Origin: Vicinamibacterales bacterium
GTDB lineage: Bacteria > Acidobacteriota > Vicinamibacteria > Vicinamibacterales > UBA2999
Assembly: GCA_035263125.1 (NCBI GenBank)
Contig: DATFRP010000082.1
Coordinates: 4,680 to 68,679, forward strand
DNA: 64,000 bases
Direction: 5' to 3'
The position numbers and the translations under genes were made by a program. Of this stretch, positions 44,201 through 52,296 are shown piece by piece (positions within the stretch are counted from its first letter, which is position 1; the number at the start of each line of letters is the position of its first letter). A model generated the notes under the pieces. It was not told where the DNA came from. It did no database searches and saw only the letters and a list, made by a program, of their open reading frames with translations.

Positions 44201-45715
44201 CCGAAGACGCTCGGCCGCACCGGCCAGACCGAGCAGCGCATCCCCGGACGCCGGATCGATCGTGAGCGCCTGCTCGTACCCCTTCATCGCCGCATCGGCG
44301 TTGCCCTTGTCGAACGCCGCTGACGCGTCGGTCATGACACCCCAGAACCGGGCAGTGGTGTAGCCTTCCTCGACGCCGGTCCGATTGGGAGCGATCGATC
44401 GCGCTTTCCCCAACAGCGTGACCGCTGCGGCAAAGTTCTTCTCCTTGAGGCGCACGAAGCCGAGCCCGATCATGGCGTCGACATTCGATGGCGAACGCTT
44501 CAACACCTGATCGAACCGCGCTGCCGCTTCGGGCAGACGCTCCCGGCGCAGCATGATCTGCCCGATCGCAAGGACCGGCTGCTCCTCCTGCGGGCGACGC
44601 CCGAGCGCCTCTTCATACGCGGCGATCGCGCGGTCGGGATCGCGCTGCTCCAGCGCCTGACCCCGCTCGATTGCCGACCAGTACTGCGCGTTCTCGTAGC
44701 CCTCGCGAATGTCGGCTCGCGACGGTGCGAGCGCACGCGCCTTGTCGAACAGCACGAGCGCTTCGGCGAACTCCTTTCGATCGAGACGGACGAAGCCGAG
44801 GCCGACCAGCGCATTCACGTCCTTCGGCGATCGCCGCAGGACGTCTTCGAACTCGCGCGCCGCGGTCGACATGTCCTTCCGCTGCAGGGCGCGGAAGCCC
44901 CGCTGCTTGTCCGCTTCCTGGTCGGCCTTCTCGCGGTTGTCTCGAACACGGGTCGCAACCTGCGAGAGCTCGGCGTCGGGATACCGTTTGAGGTAGGCCT
45001 CGAGCGACGGCTGCACCGCGGGATTGTCTTTCTCCCACACGATCGCCTGGCGCCACACCGGGCGCGCCTGTTCCGCGGTACCGGAGTCACGGATCGACTC
45101 GAGCAGCCGCATCGCCTCGAGGCGCGCGTCCTGGTCGTAGCTCAAGATCCGCGCGAGCCACAGCCGGTACACTTCATTGCCGGGATCGCTTTTCGACAGC
45201 GCGCGCAGTCTGTTGATCGCCTCGGTGCGTCCGCCAGTGGAGACCGCTAGCGTCTGGTAGTACGTCTCCGCCCACTTGCCCCACGGCGCCTCGGTGCCGA
45301 AGACCTCACGGTAGATCTTCATCGCGTCGTCGGGACGCTTGTCGGTGGCCAGGCGAACGGCCTGATCGAGACGCGCGCGTTCCGGCTGTGTGAGCACACG
45401 CATCCGCTCGATCGCCGTGATCGCCGGATCACGCGGGTTCACCTTCCGCAGTCGTTCCAGGTAGAGGCGTACGCCTTCGGCATTGCCGCTCTGTTTCGCC
45501 TCGCGCGCCAGGCCGGCGAGCGCCTCACGTTGATTCGGATCCACGAGCAGGACTTGATTCCAGTTTTGCGCCGCGAGATCCATCCGGCCGCGCGCTTCGA
45601 GCGAGCGCGCCTTGCCGAGCAGAATGTCCACACCCTCACTACCCTGGCCGGCAACGAACGTCGTGGCGACGAGCGCCAGTACGAGTGACACACCAAGGCG
45701 TTTCAGTGACGACAT
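41252..45715 (-). CDS. bcsC: Cellulose synthase operon protein C (TPR region + outer-membrane beta-barrel)
   Basis: ATG at 45715 after GGGGGTGA gives the signal MSSLKRLGVSLVLALVATTFVAGQ. About 1000 aa of TPR repeats are followed by a Pro/Gln-rich linker. The C-terminal BcsC-type barrel includes GVVSNAASLQMSHD...GGYFSPQRY...YRIAPHWHLAIFGGANNTRDF. Confidence 0.9.
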   Translation of the reverse strand: MSSLKRLGVSLVLALVATTFVAGQGSEGVDILLGKARSLEARGRMDLAAQNWNQVLLVDPNQREALAGLAREAKQSGNAEGVRLYLERLRKVNPRDPAITAIERMRVLTQPERARLDQAVRLATDKRPDDAMKIYREVFGTEAPWGKWAETYYQTLAVSTGGRTEAINRLRALSKSDPGNEVYRLWLARILSYDQDARLEAMRLLESIRDSGTAEQARPVWRQAIVWEKDNPAVQPSLEAYLKRYPDAELSQVATRVRDNREKADQEADKQRGFRALQRKDMSTAAREFEDVLRRSPKDVNALVGLGFVRLDRKEFAEALVLFDKARALAPSRADIREGYENAQYWSAIERGQALEQRDPDRAIAAYEEALGRRPQEEQPVLAIGQIMLRRERLPEAAARFDQVLKRSPSNVDAMIGLGFVRLKEKNFAAAVTLLGKARSIAPNRTGVEEGYTTARFWGVMTDASAAFDKGNADAAMKGYEQALTIDPASGDALLGLAGAAERLRKLDVALRSYERLTTAAPNDSRVWLGLLRVQIASDQVDAAARTFRAIPDPLRRKLEQRPDYLAQLSMVLFATHRETEGDKVLGQALEAAAKGDSDESLGIRLQIANILVEQGQIDRAIAIYSNATELHPTNVIAWQGLVGAYAAKRDFDRASSVVRTMPRATLDAASQNTGFLNAVAASYAAGGRCSEAEQLLTRSLNLDRTAGRTQSAETQLQLADIWMRQAQYDKAAEAYRTVIAANDRSVEAWRGYIVALHNRGDDRTMLTESRRLPKATRDALAKDPGVLSLLAGAESQAGQYDNAVALLENARAVYRTNGRTPPADVDLQLGWAMLKSSQSSALGDLIARTRARTDLTAEQRAAVDDLWLSSLFSRVDAAMNRGDASNAAMILTEAWREAPKNPKIPSALAALYLKRGDRGRAMEVYQTWGLQGAEAGDYRAAAGAALAAHDSITADRLLREGLQKWPADRDLLRMTGRQAVSHGDYREAEKLLKAALAAKPTPPSAVAAVAPRGAAPRSESSERACTQEAPRTTPSASSRVNLGPRVIFASLQRAVDSPVAAPQTTPPNPQQTPPPAPPVDQQSPPANPQSGAPPVAAPVQEVQSEAIADDIDAVKNRNTPFASMGAAFGGRAGDPGLSRLIVRDVAPGGSVTIGNTARFGVDVHSLTLTSGTPDGLSGYRFGTLPLGATFAEQRAEGVTADLQFATSLVGLTFGTAPSDFLVKTWTGGLRIGPNTGAVRLLVVRDRVKDSLLSYAGQRDPGTGTVWGGVVSNAASLQMSHDSRGNGMYLSVGGAILQGQNVEDNWNAEASAGAYWTVSTGGPTSLTLGVAGSAMHYNKNLSSFSLGNGGYFSPQRYIMGAVPLSWTVRHARLSFDLQASPGFQYFNADSALIYPLGIVPAVRSPFDAAAYDEQKGKGANYNVFAKAEYRIAPHWHLAIFGGANNTRDFNTSTIGVSLKLLANRLPASTNLRALAVPDWRGNQPLGP

Positions 45716-45740
45716 GCCTTTCACCCCCCGAGAGAAAGGT

Positions 45741-48700
45741 TTACGCTCTGCGTGCGAGGAGCCGTCGTGCGGCAATGCGATCGGTGCCGACCCGCATGCT
45801 GCCGCCTATGACCAGCGCGGCCATCAGCACGACCGGCGGGATGAGCCAGTAGTGTTCGAGCAGCACCACGAGCGCGCGCTGGTAGTCGGTGACCGGACCC
45901 GAGTGATAGGCCGAGATGCCGAGGAGAAACGATTCGAACCGTCCGTTGCGCGCCACCGCGATGCCGCCGTAGATCGGGCCGGTGCGTCCGGTCGTGAACG
46001 CAGCGGCCGCGGCCTCACCACCGTCGTCGCCCGGCACGATGGCAACGACGGATCGGTCCGCACGGTACGGTGAGACGAATTGCTCGAGCACAGCGTCGAA
46101 GGTGTATCCGGCGCCGACCAGCCTCGCGAGGCGCGGACGATCTTCGAGCCGGAACGGCCACTGCGGGTGCAGCCAGAGCGTCGACTCGGTCGCGCTGTTG
46201 ATCACCGATCCGTCTCTCAGCAGACCGAGCGGCATGGCCCCTCCCCAATCGGTCAGCAGCGGCTGCGTCATCGGTGTGCCGAGCACCACCAGGTCTTTGT
46301 CTCGAACCGCATCCACGTGGGCCGCGTCGACAATCGTCACGCCGGTGACCGCCGCCCCGGTCTGCGCGCCGAAGAACCCGAGCATGTTCAGCACCGACTC
46401 GTATTCACGCGGCGACGGTCGATTCGACAGCACGACCGCGGTCCGCGAGAGATCGGGCCATGCGGTAAACGGGTAGCCCGCATCGACCACGAGCTCGAGC
46501 CTGGGCAGCACCACCGAGTGCGGCAGGCCTCGCAGATCGATTGTCGACAGGCGATCGATCGCGGCGTACTGCGACGCGCCAGGCGTGGCGCCGGTACGGC
46601 CGAAATCGACGTCGATCGTCAGGGTGTTCGTGTACGGGCGAAGGCGGCCGGTTGGCAGTCGGACGATCTCCTCGCGCTTGGTCAGTTTCAACGATGGCTC
46701 GAGGCGAATGCTGTCGACGTCCTGGGCGTTGAGCCGCAGGTGCACTGCGGCCTTCGCGTCCTCACCGACACCCAAGTAACTGAACTTCAGCAGCAGCGGC
46801 ACCGACTGCCGTGCGGAGAGAAACAGATCGGGCGGCAACCGGAAGTACACGTTGATCGATCCGGAGCCGGCGAGCTTCAGGCGATCGGCGCTCGTGTAGA
46901 GGCCGATCGGCGCCGGTTTGTTGCTCGCGAGCCATCGTGGCGCCTCGTACTGCGCGCGCGGTCGCTCCGGGGCGCTCACGACCGGAAAGACGTCGGCATG
47001 GACTCGCGTCAAGTTCTCGTTGCTGACGAGCGCACGCGCCGCCGCGAGGAGATCGTCCGGCCCATCACCCACGATGACGAGCAGCTTGCCGTAGACATCG
47101 CTCGGGTTGTCGCGCATCGCGATCAGCGTGCGTGGTGTCGCCGGCAGCGACAACATCCCTTCGAGCGGTGACCCGCGGCGCACGAGCACGACCGCATGCC
47201 CCTGCGGCAGTTCGCCGATCGAGACCGGAAACCGCACGCTCCGGACGTCGGAACCCACACCGAACCACGACGACACGATCGCCGCCGTTTTCACTTCATC
47301 GACATCAGGCGCGCTCGAGAACACGATCGGCAGCTGCCACGCGCGCCTCGACCCGGCGTCGAAGAACGGCAGCGGCAGCAGCGCCAGATCATTGGCCAGC
47401 GGCAACCTCGTACCGGCGATTCCGAGCCGGCTGCGGCCATCGATGACGAGCCATGGCACGCCCGCACGGACGCACGCGGCACATCGGCCAATGAGCCGGA
47501 TCGTGAGCGTGTTGTCCGTGGTCAGCAAATCGGCCGGCAGTGGAACCTCGGCTTGCTCGTCTCTACCCGGATCCACCGCAATCGTTCCGATGCGCGAGCC
47601 GTTCAGCAGCAGCTCCAGCCGCACCTCGTCGGGCTCTGCGAGGCGCGCCGCATACCGCAGACTCAACGTCGCCTCGCTGATGATCTTCGTGACCGGCACG
47701 CCGAAGAAGAAGTTGAGCAATGCGCCGTCGCGCTGCAGCACGCTCGTCGATCCCTGTCCGGAGATCTCACGGAGCTCGTACCCGTCGTGAAACATCACCG
47801 GTGCGACTTGCGCATCCACGCCGCTCGTCGGCAGCAGGACCATGAGGGCCAGCATCGATGCCGTCGCGGTCTGCGCCCGCTTGCGCCGGCGGGCCCGCCC
47901 ATCGGTATGTCCGTGGCGCGGCGGCGTGAACATGCCGATCACGACCACGACCAGTCCGCGAAGCGACAGCCACACGACCCGCCAGAGACTTCCAAGTGGC
48001 GAATCATCGCGGCGGCCGGTGTCCCACCGGAGCCACGCTTCGGGCCTCGAGTAGATGGCGTCGACGAGGAATCGTTCCTGCGCCGTCGTCAATCGCGGGA
48101 ACATCAGATGGAGCAGGCGTCGGCCCTTGACCGCGACCACGCGCGCGTCGATCTCGCATCGCGTCCCTCGTCCGCCCAACGCGATCGTGACGAGCTCATG
48201 GCGCTGCGGTTTCACCGGCGTGTCGAACCATGCCGTGGTTCCGTGTCGCGACAACTGAGACGACACACCGGCCACGCGTCGTCCGTCGGACATCACGAGC
48301 GTCAGCGGCACGCGCACATCGACGCGCACGTCGCCGCGCCGTTGCCGCCGCTCGCGAGCCACGGACGCAGCCACGGACAGGATCACGATGTTGTAGACCG
48401 TCCAGATGGCGTTCATGATCAGCGTGTCGTGGTGCGCGGGATCACTCACGAACCGCTGATGCGCGACCACGAGCCCGGCGACGTTCAACCCCAGGAGCAG
48501 CACGAATGGGAATGCCACACGGTGATCGAAGTACGAGCGCTCGACGATGCCCCCTTTGGCGGTGACGTTGAACTTGCCAAGCCTCGGGCTGATGAGCGCG
48601 AGCAGCGTCGGGAACAGGATGTAGGGGGCGAGAACGGCTTCATAGATCTCGTTCCAGAAGGCGGATCGGAATCCGCGCTGGACGCGGGCGTTGGTCAGGT

Positions 48701-50180
48701 GCGCGAGCACGAGGTGCGGCAGCGCATACGCAAACACGGCGAGCGAGTACCCATAGATATTCACCATTCCCAGCAGCAGATAGGTCAGTGGAACGGTGAG
48801 GAAGATGAGACGTGGCACCGCGAACAGAAAGTGCGTGGTCGCGTTGAAGTAGCACAGCCGCTGTGACAGCGAGAGGCCCCTGCAGAAGAGCGGATTCTCG
48901 AGGCGGAGGATCTGCACCATGCCGCGCGCCCATCTGATCCGCTGGCCGATATGCGCCGACAGGCTTTCGGTGGCCAGCCCCGCGGCCTGCGGCACGTTGA
49001 TGTAGGCGGTGTTCCAGCCGCGACACTGCATGCGGAGCGCGGTATGTGCGTCTTCAGTCACGGTCTCGACGGCGATCCCGCCGATCTGATCGAGCGCTTC
49101 ACGTCGCAGCACGGCGCACGAGCCGCAGAAAAAGGCCGCGTTCCACAAGTCGTTGCCGTCCTGCACGAGACGATGAAAGAGCGCCCCTTCATTGGGCACC
49201 TTGCGGAACTGTCCGAGATTGCGCTCGAACGGATCGGGCGAGTAGAAGTGATGCGGTGTCTGCACCAGGCCCAGTCGCCGATCGCGCGCAAACCAGCCGA
49301 TCGTCATCTGCAGGAACGATCGCGTCGGCACATGGTCGGAGTCGAAGATCGCGACCAGCTCCCCGTTCGTCTTCTTGAGCGCCTCGTTGATGTTGCCGGC
49401 CTTCGCGTGCGCATTGTTGGTGCGCGTCATGTACCCGGCACCGACGCGGGCGGACCATTCGCGGAATTCATCACGACGGCCGTCGTCGAGGACGAAGACC
49501 TTGATCTTGTCTGCGGGGTAGTCGAGCGCGAGCGCGCCCAACACCGTGGCCCGCACGACGTCGAGCGGTTCGTTGTAGGTCGGAATCAGAACGTCGACCG
49601 TCGGCCACCGCGAGAGCGGATCGGTCAGCGGCAGGACCGGCCGACGAAGTGGGCGCAGCGTCTGGAAGTATCCGAGCGCGAGCGTCGCGAAGGCGTAGAA
49701 CTCGGCGCCGAGCAGCAGCAACACGAACACGGTGTCCCACTGATTGAGGTGCCCCGCGCTCGTCACACCCTCATAGGTCTGAACGGCGCGCCAATAGCCG
49801 TACCGAAGCGTCGCGAACAGCGAGACCGCCATCAGCGCCAGCGTCACCGTTGGCGATCGCGAGAGCTTCGCGAAGACGATCGCGCCTGCGATCAGCATCG
49901 AGCCGGCGATCGCCTGCTCGCGCCATCCAAGCGGAACGACGATCAGAACGGCGAGCCCGCTCGCCAGCACGACTGCGAATAATGCGAGCGCGATGGCCAC
50001 CAGCCTCCCGCGGCGCCGGCGCAACCGTGGACGCGCGTGTCGAAGCTCATCGTCCAGCGCACCACGGCCGCTGGTCGGGCGTCCGCGATCCAGGATGAGC
50101 TCGCCCACATCTACACGATCCTGAGCAGGCGACGGCGGGATGAAGTCGTTGCTGGCGTGCATCGCGCTCACAGATCCCAC
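45741..50180 (-). CDS. bcsA: Fused cellulose synthase catalytic subunit BcsA (GT2 + PilZ) and BcsB
   Basis: GT2 motifs VDVLIPTYNEP, VFVLDDG, AIFDSDH, QTPHHF, TEDAHTAL, QRIRWARG. PilZ motifs RRQRR...QLSRHG. A TM/signal-like segment (TATASMLALMVLLPTSGVDAQ) is followed by a BcsB-like domain of about 680 aa and a C-terminal anchor (YWLIPPVVLMAALVIGG). It is one uninterrupted 1479-codon ORF. The start is GTG 50180 or ATG 50162. Confidence 0.9.
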   Translation of the reverse strand: MGSVSAMHASNDFIPPSPAQDRVDVGELILDRGRPTSGRGALDDELRHARPRLRRRRGRLVAIALALFAVVLASGLAVLIVVPLGWREQAIAGSMLIAGAIVFAKLSRSPTVTLALMAVSLFATLRYGYWRAVQTYEGVTSAGHLNQWDTVFVLLLLGAEFYAFATLALGYFQTLRPLRRPVLPLTDPLSRWPTVDVLIPTYNEPLDVVRATVLGALALDYPADKIKVFVLDDGRRDEFREWSARVGAGYMTRTNNAHAKAGNINEALKKTNGELVAIFDSDHVPTRSFLQMTIGWFARDRRLGLVQTPHHFYSPDPFERNLGQFRKVPNEGALFHRLVQDGNDLWNAAFFCGSCAVLRREALDQIGGIAVETVTEDAHTALRMQCRGWNTAYINVPQAAGLATESLSAHIGQRIRWARGMVQILRLENPLFCRGLSLSQRLCYFNATTHFLFAVPRLIFLTVPLTYLLLGMVNIYGYSLAVFAYALPHLVLAHLTNARVQRGFRSAFWNEIYEAVLAPYILFPTLLALISPRLGKFNVTAKGGIVERSYFDHRVAFPFVLLLGLNVAGLVVAHQRFVSDPAHHDTLIMNAIWTVYNIVILSVAASVARERRQRRGDVRVDVRVPLTLVMSDGRRVAGVSSQLSRHGTTAWFDTPVKPQRHELVTIALGGRGTRCEIDARVVAVKGRRLLHLMFPRLTTAQERFLVDAIYSRPEAWLRWDTGRRDDSPLGSLWRVVWLSLRGLVVVVIGMFTPPRHGHTDGRARRRKRAQTATASMLALMVLLPTSGVDAQVAPVMFHDGYELREISGQGSTSVLQRDGALLNFFFGVPVTKIISEATLSLRYAARLAEPDEVRLELLLNGSRIGTIAVDPGRDEQAEVPLPADLLTTDNTLTIRLIGRCAACVRAGVPWLVIDGRSRLGIAGTRLPLANDLALLPLPFFDAGSRRAWQLPIVFSSAPDVDEVKTAAIVSSWFGVGSDVRSVRFPVSIGELPQGHAVVLVRRGSPLEGMLSLPATPRTLIAMRDNPSDVYGKLLVIVGDGPDDLLAAARALVSNENLTRVHADVFPVVSAPERPRAQYEAPRWLASNKPAPIGLYTSADRLKLAGSGSINVYFRLPPDLFLSARQSVPLLLKFSYLGVGEDAKAAVHLRLNAQDVDSIRLEPSLKLTKREEIVRLPTGRLRPYTNTLTIDVDFGRTGATPGASQYAAIDRLSTIDLRGLPHSVVLPRLELVVDAGYPFTAWPDLSRTAVVLSNRPSPREYESVLNMLGFFGAQTGAAVTGVTIVDAAHVDAVRDKDLVVLGTPMTQPLLTDWGGAMPLGLLRDGSVINSATESTLWLHPQWPFRLEDRPRLARLVGAGYTFDAVLEQFVSPYRADRSVVAIVPGDDGGEAAAAAFTTGRTGPIYGGIAVARNGRFESFLLGISAYHSGPVTDYQRALVVLLEHYWLIPPVVLMAALVIGGSMRVGTDRIAARRLLARRA

Positions 50181-50308
50181 TCAAGCAATATCGATGCTCG
50201 CCTGGCCGTCCAGGTTGGTTCAGGGTGTGCAGAAGACTTGCATCAGGGCTTCTCTCGACGAGACGCGCGCGCAAGGAGTACACCGCCGTGTGGAAACTGA
50301 ACATCGTC

Positions 50309-51403
50309 ATGTCTCTTCTCCTTTTAAGCTCGATGGCGATGAGCTGCACATCCCGTGAGTGGCCACGTCTATGGACGGCGTACACGATGTCCTTCATGGA
50401 CGGACAGATTCGGGTGATCGATCGGGACTCTGGTGATCGCACGACCTCTGAGGGACAGGCCTACGCGATGTTCTTCTCGCTCGTGGCCAACGACCGCGAA
50501 CGCTTCGACAAGCTCCTCAGATGGACGGAGCTGAACCTGACCTCTGGCTCCCTCTCCTCCCAACTGCCGGCGTGGTTGTGGGGGCGCGGCGCCGACAATC
50601 GATGGGCGATTCTGGACGACAACTCCGCGTCGGATGCCGACGTCTGGATGGCGTATACGCTGTTCGAAGCGGGAACCGCCTGGAGCGTACCGCGCTACAC
50701 ACAGATCGCCGAGTCGCTCGCGACACGCATCGCCAATGAAGAGACCGCGCAGCTTCCGAACGTCGGGACCGTGCTTCTTCCAGGCGCGCGCGGATTTCGC
50801 ACTGAGGAATCGGTTCGACTGAACGCGAGCTATCTGCCCCTGCAATTGTTCGTCGGACTGAGCACGCTGCATCACAGCGGCCCGTGGGATCAGATCTCGA
50901 AACAGATCCCCGCGCTCGTGCGCGCATCCTCGCCGCGTGGCTTCGCCACCGACTGGATCGAGATTACCGACGAAGGCCGATTCACTCCCTCGTCACAGGG
51001 CAGTTACGATGCGATCCGCACCTATCTGTGGGCCGGCATGCTCGATCCGGCGACGCCGGGGCGCGACGAGACGTTGAACGCGCTCGCGGGGATGGCGCGT
51101 CTCGTGCGCGACACGCGCATCCCTCCAGCGACGATCACTGCAGACGGCGTGACGCGCGATCCAAAAGGTCCGATCGGATTCTCCGCGGCATTGCTGCCGT
51201 ATCTCGATCAGCTCGGCGAGACGCGACTCGCCCGCGAACAGTTCGCGCGCGTGCAGTCGTCGCGCGATACGAGCACGGGACTGCTCGGACGTCCGGCGAA
51301 GTACTACGACCAGAACCTCGCGCTGTTTGCGCTCGGCGCGCGCGAAGGCGTTTTCTGGTTCGACGCTCGAGGTCGATTGAAGACCAAATGGATGTTGCGA
51401 TGA
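50309..51403 (+). CDS. bcsZ: Glycoside hydrolase family 8 endoglucanase (BcsZ-like)
   Basis: TSEGQAYAMFFSLV and the GH8 signature region SASDADVWMAYTLFEAGTAW. It is divergent from bcsAB. The start is uncertain: ATG 50309 gives MSLLLLSSMAMSC, while the track start at 50225 is GTG. Confidence 0.85.
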   Translation: MSLLLLSSMAMSCTSREWPRLWTAYTMSFMDGQIRVIDRDSGDRTTSEGQAYAMFFSLVANDRERFDKLLRWTELNLTSGSLSSQLPAWLWGRGADNRWAILDDNSASDADVWMAYTLFEAGTAWSVPRYTQIAESLATRIANEETAQLPNVGTVLLPGARGFRTEESVRLNASYLPLQLFVGLSTLHHSGPWDQISKQIPALVRASSPRGFATDWIEITDEGRFTPSSQGSYDAIRTYLWAGMLDPATPGRDETLNALAGMARLVRDTRIPPATITADGVTRDPKGPIGFSAALLPYLDQLGETRLAREQFARVQSSRDTSTGLLGRPAKYYDQNLALFALGAREGVFWFDARGRLKTKWMLR

Positions 51404-51405
51404 TT

Positions 51406-51549
51406 GGACCGCTATGCGGCCCGGAACGCGAATGTCGTACTCGTCGCCTCCGACCGCATAGCGGTCCTAGCCGCGCGGAGCGCGGCCAGAGATACTGGCA
51501 ACCAGCCAAGGGGCGAAGGGGATATCAGGAGCGCAGCCCTTGGCTGGTT
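51406..51549 (+). terminator. Two perfect stem-loops directly after bcsZ
   Basis: GGACCGCTATGCGG-(34 nt)-CCGCATAGCGGTCC (14-bp stem, 51406-51467). AACCAGCCAAGGG-(24 nt)-CCCTTGGCTGGTT (13-bp stem, 51500-51549) is followed by TTCAAT. Confidence 0.45.
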
Positions 51550-51741
51550 TCAATACGCCTAAGGTTGTGTTCGACGACCATACGCCACCCCTCCCGTTTC
51601 TACCCAGACCATGAAGCCCGACCGGAGGGTCGGTCGTGACGCCGCTCTGTTTCCAGTCGTCACTTTCAGTCAGAGATCGTGTCGCCGACAGACGAGCGCC
51701 TGTTGGTACGTTGGTTGCCACGTCCCATACAGGAGGCAACC

Positions 51742-52296
51742 ATGCAACGTACCCAGGGTGTATTTCTCGGACTCGCTTCTCTGGCGCTCGTCTTCGCGGT
51801 GAGCGCACAGCCGCTGCACGCGCAGCAGGATGGCCCCGCGGCACAGAGCCCCGCGGGTCAGAGGCCGCCATCTCCCGGCGCGCCCTCTGCTCCATCTCCG
51901 TCATCGGGGGCACTCGGCCAGGCGCAGGCGTCGACCACCGCCACGGGCGAACTCACTGATGTGGACACCAAGACCAAGACGGTCACGGTGAAGATGCTCA
52001 CCGGCCCGGACATGAAGTTCAAGTACGACGACTCGACCAAGATCGGCGGCGCGGACAAGAGCGCTGCAGGCCTGGCGACGATGACCGGTAAGCAGGTCAC
52101 CATTCAGTACAAGAAGGATGGACAGACGAACATCGCGAGCAACATCGAGGTTCGCTCAGAGACGTCACCAACTTCACCGGCGCCGACTTCACCTCGCACG
52201 CCAGGATCACCTGACCCGACTTCGCCGCGCAGCCCCGGATCGCCGGATCCGACCTCGCCGCGTTCACCCGGCCAGCCTGACGCGCCACGTCCTTGA
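51742..52296 (+). CDS. Small secreted protein with Pro/Ser-rich flanks, unknown function
   Basis: AGGAGG precedes the ATG at 51742. Signal MQRTQGVFLGLASLALVFAVSAQPLHAQ. A core of about 75 aa (TGELTDVDTKTKTVTVKMLTGPDMKFKYDDSTKIGG...VTIQYKKDGQTNIASNIEV) is followed by the tandem SPGSPDPTSPR repeats. Confidence 0.7.
   Translation: MQRTQGVFLGLASLALVFAVSAQPLHAQQDGPAAQSPAGQRPPSPGAPSAPSPSSGALGQAQASTTATGELTDVDTKTKTVTVKMLTGPDMKFKYDDSTKIGGADKSAAGLATMTGKQVTIQYKKDGQTNIASNIEVRSETSPTSPAPTSPRTPGSPDPTSPRSPGSPDPTSPRSPGQPDAPRP

Noticed and set aside
46080-48866. + strand ORFs of 363 aa and 556 aa inside the bcsAB region
   Set aside because: They are antisense shadows of the cellulose synthase ORF, whose GT2, PilZ and BcsB motifs are unambiguous.
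50181-50308. c-di-GMP riboswitch or other known leader upstream of bcsAB or bcsZ
   Set aside because: I could not find GEMM-type conserved elements by eye here or in 51404-51741. This needs an Rfam scan, so no claim is made.
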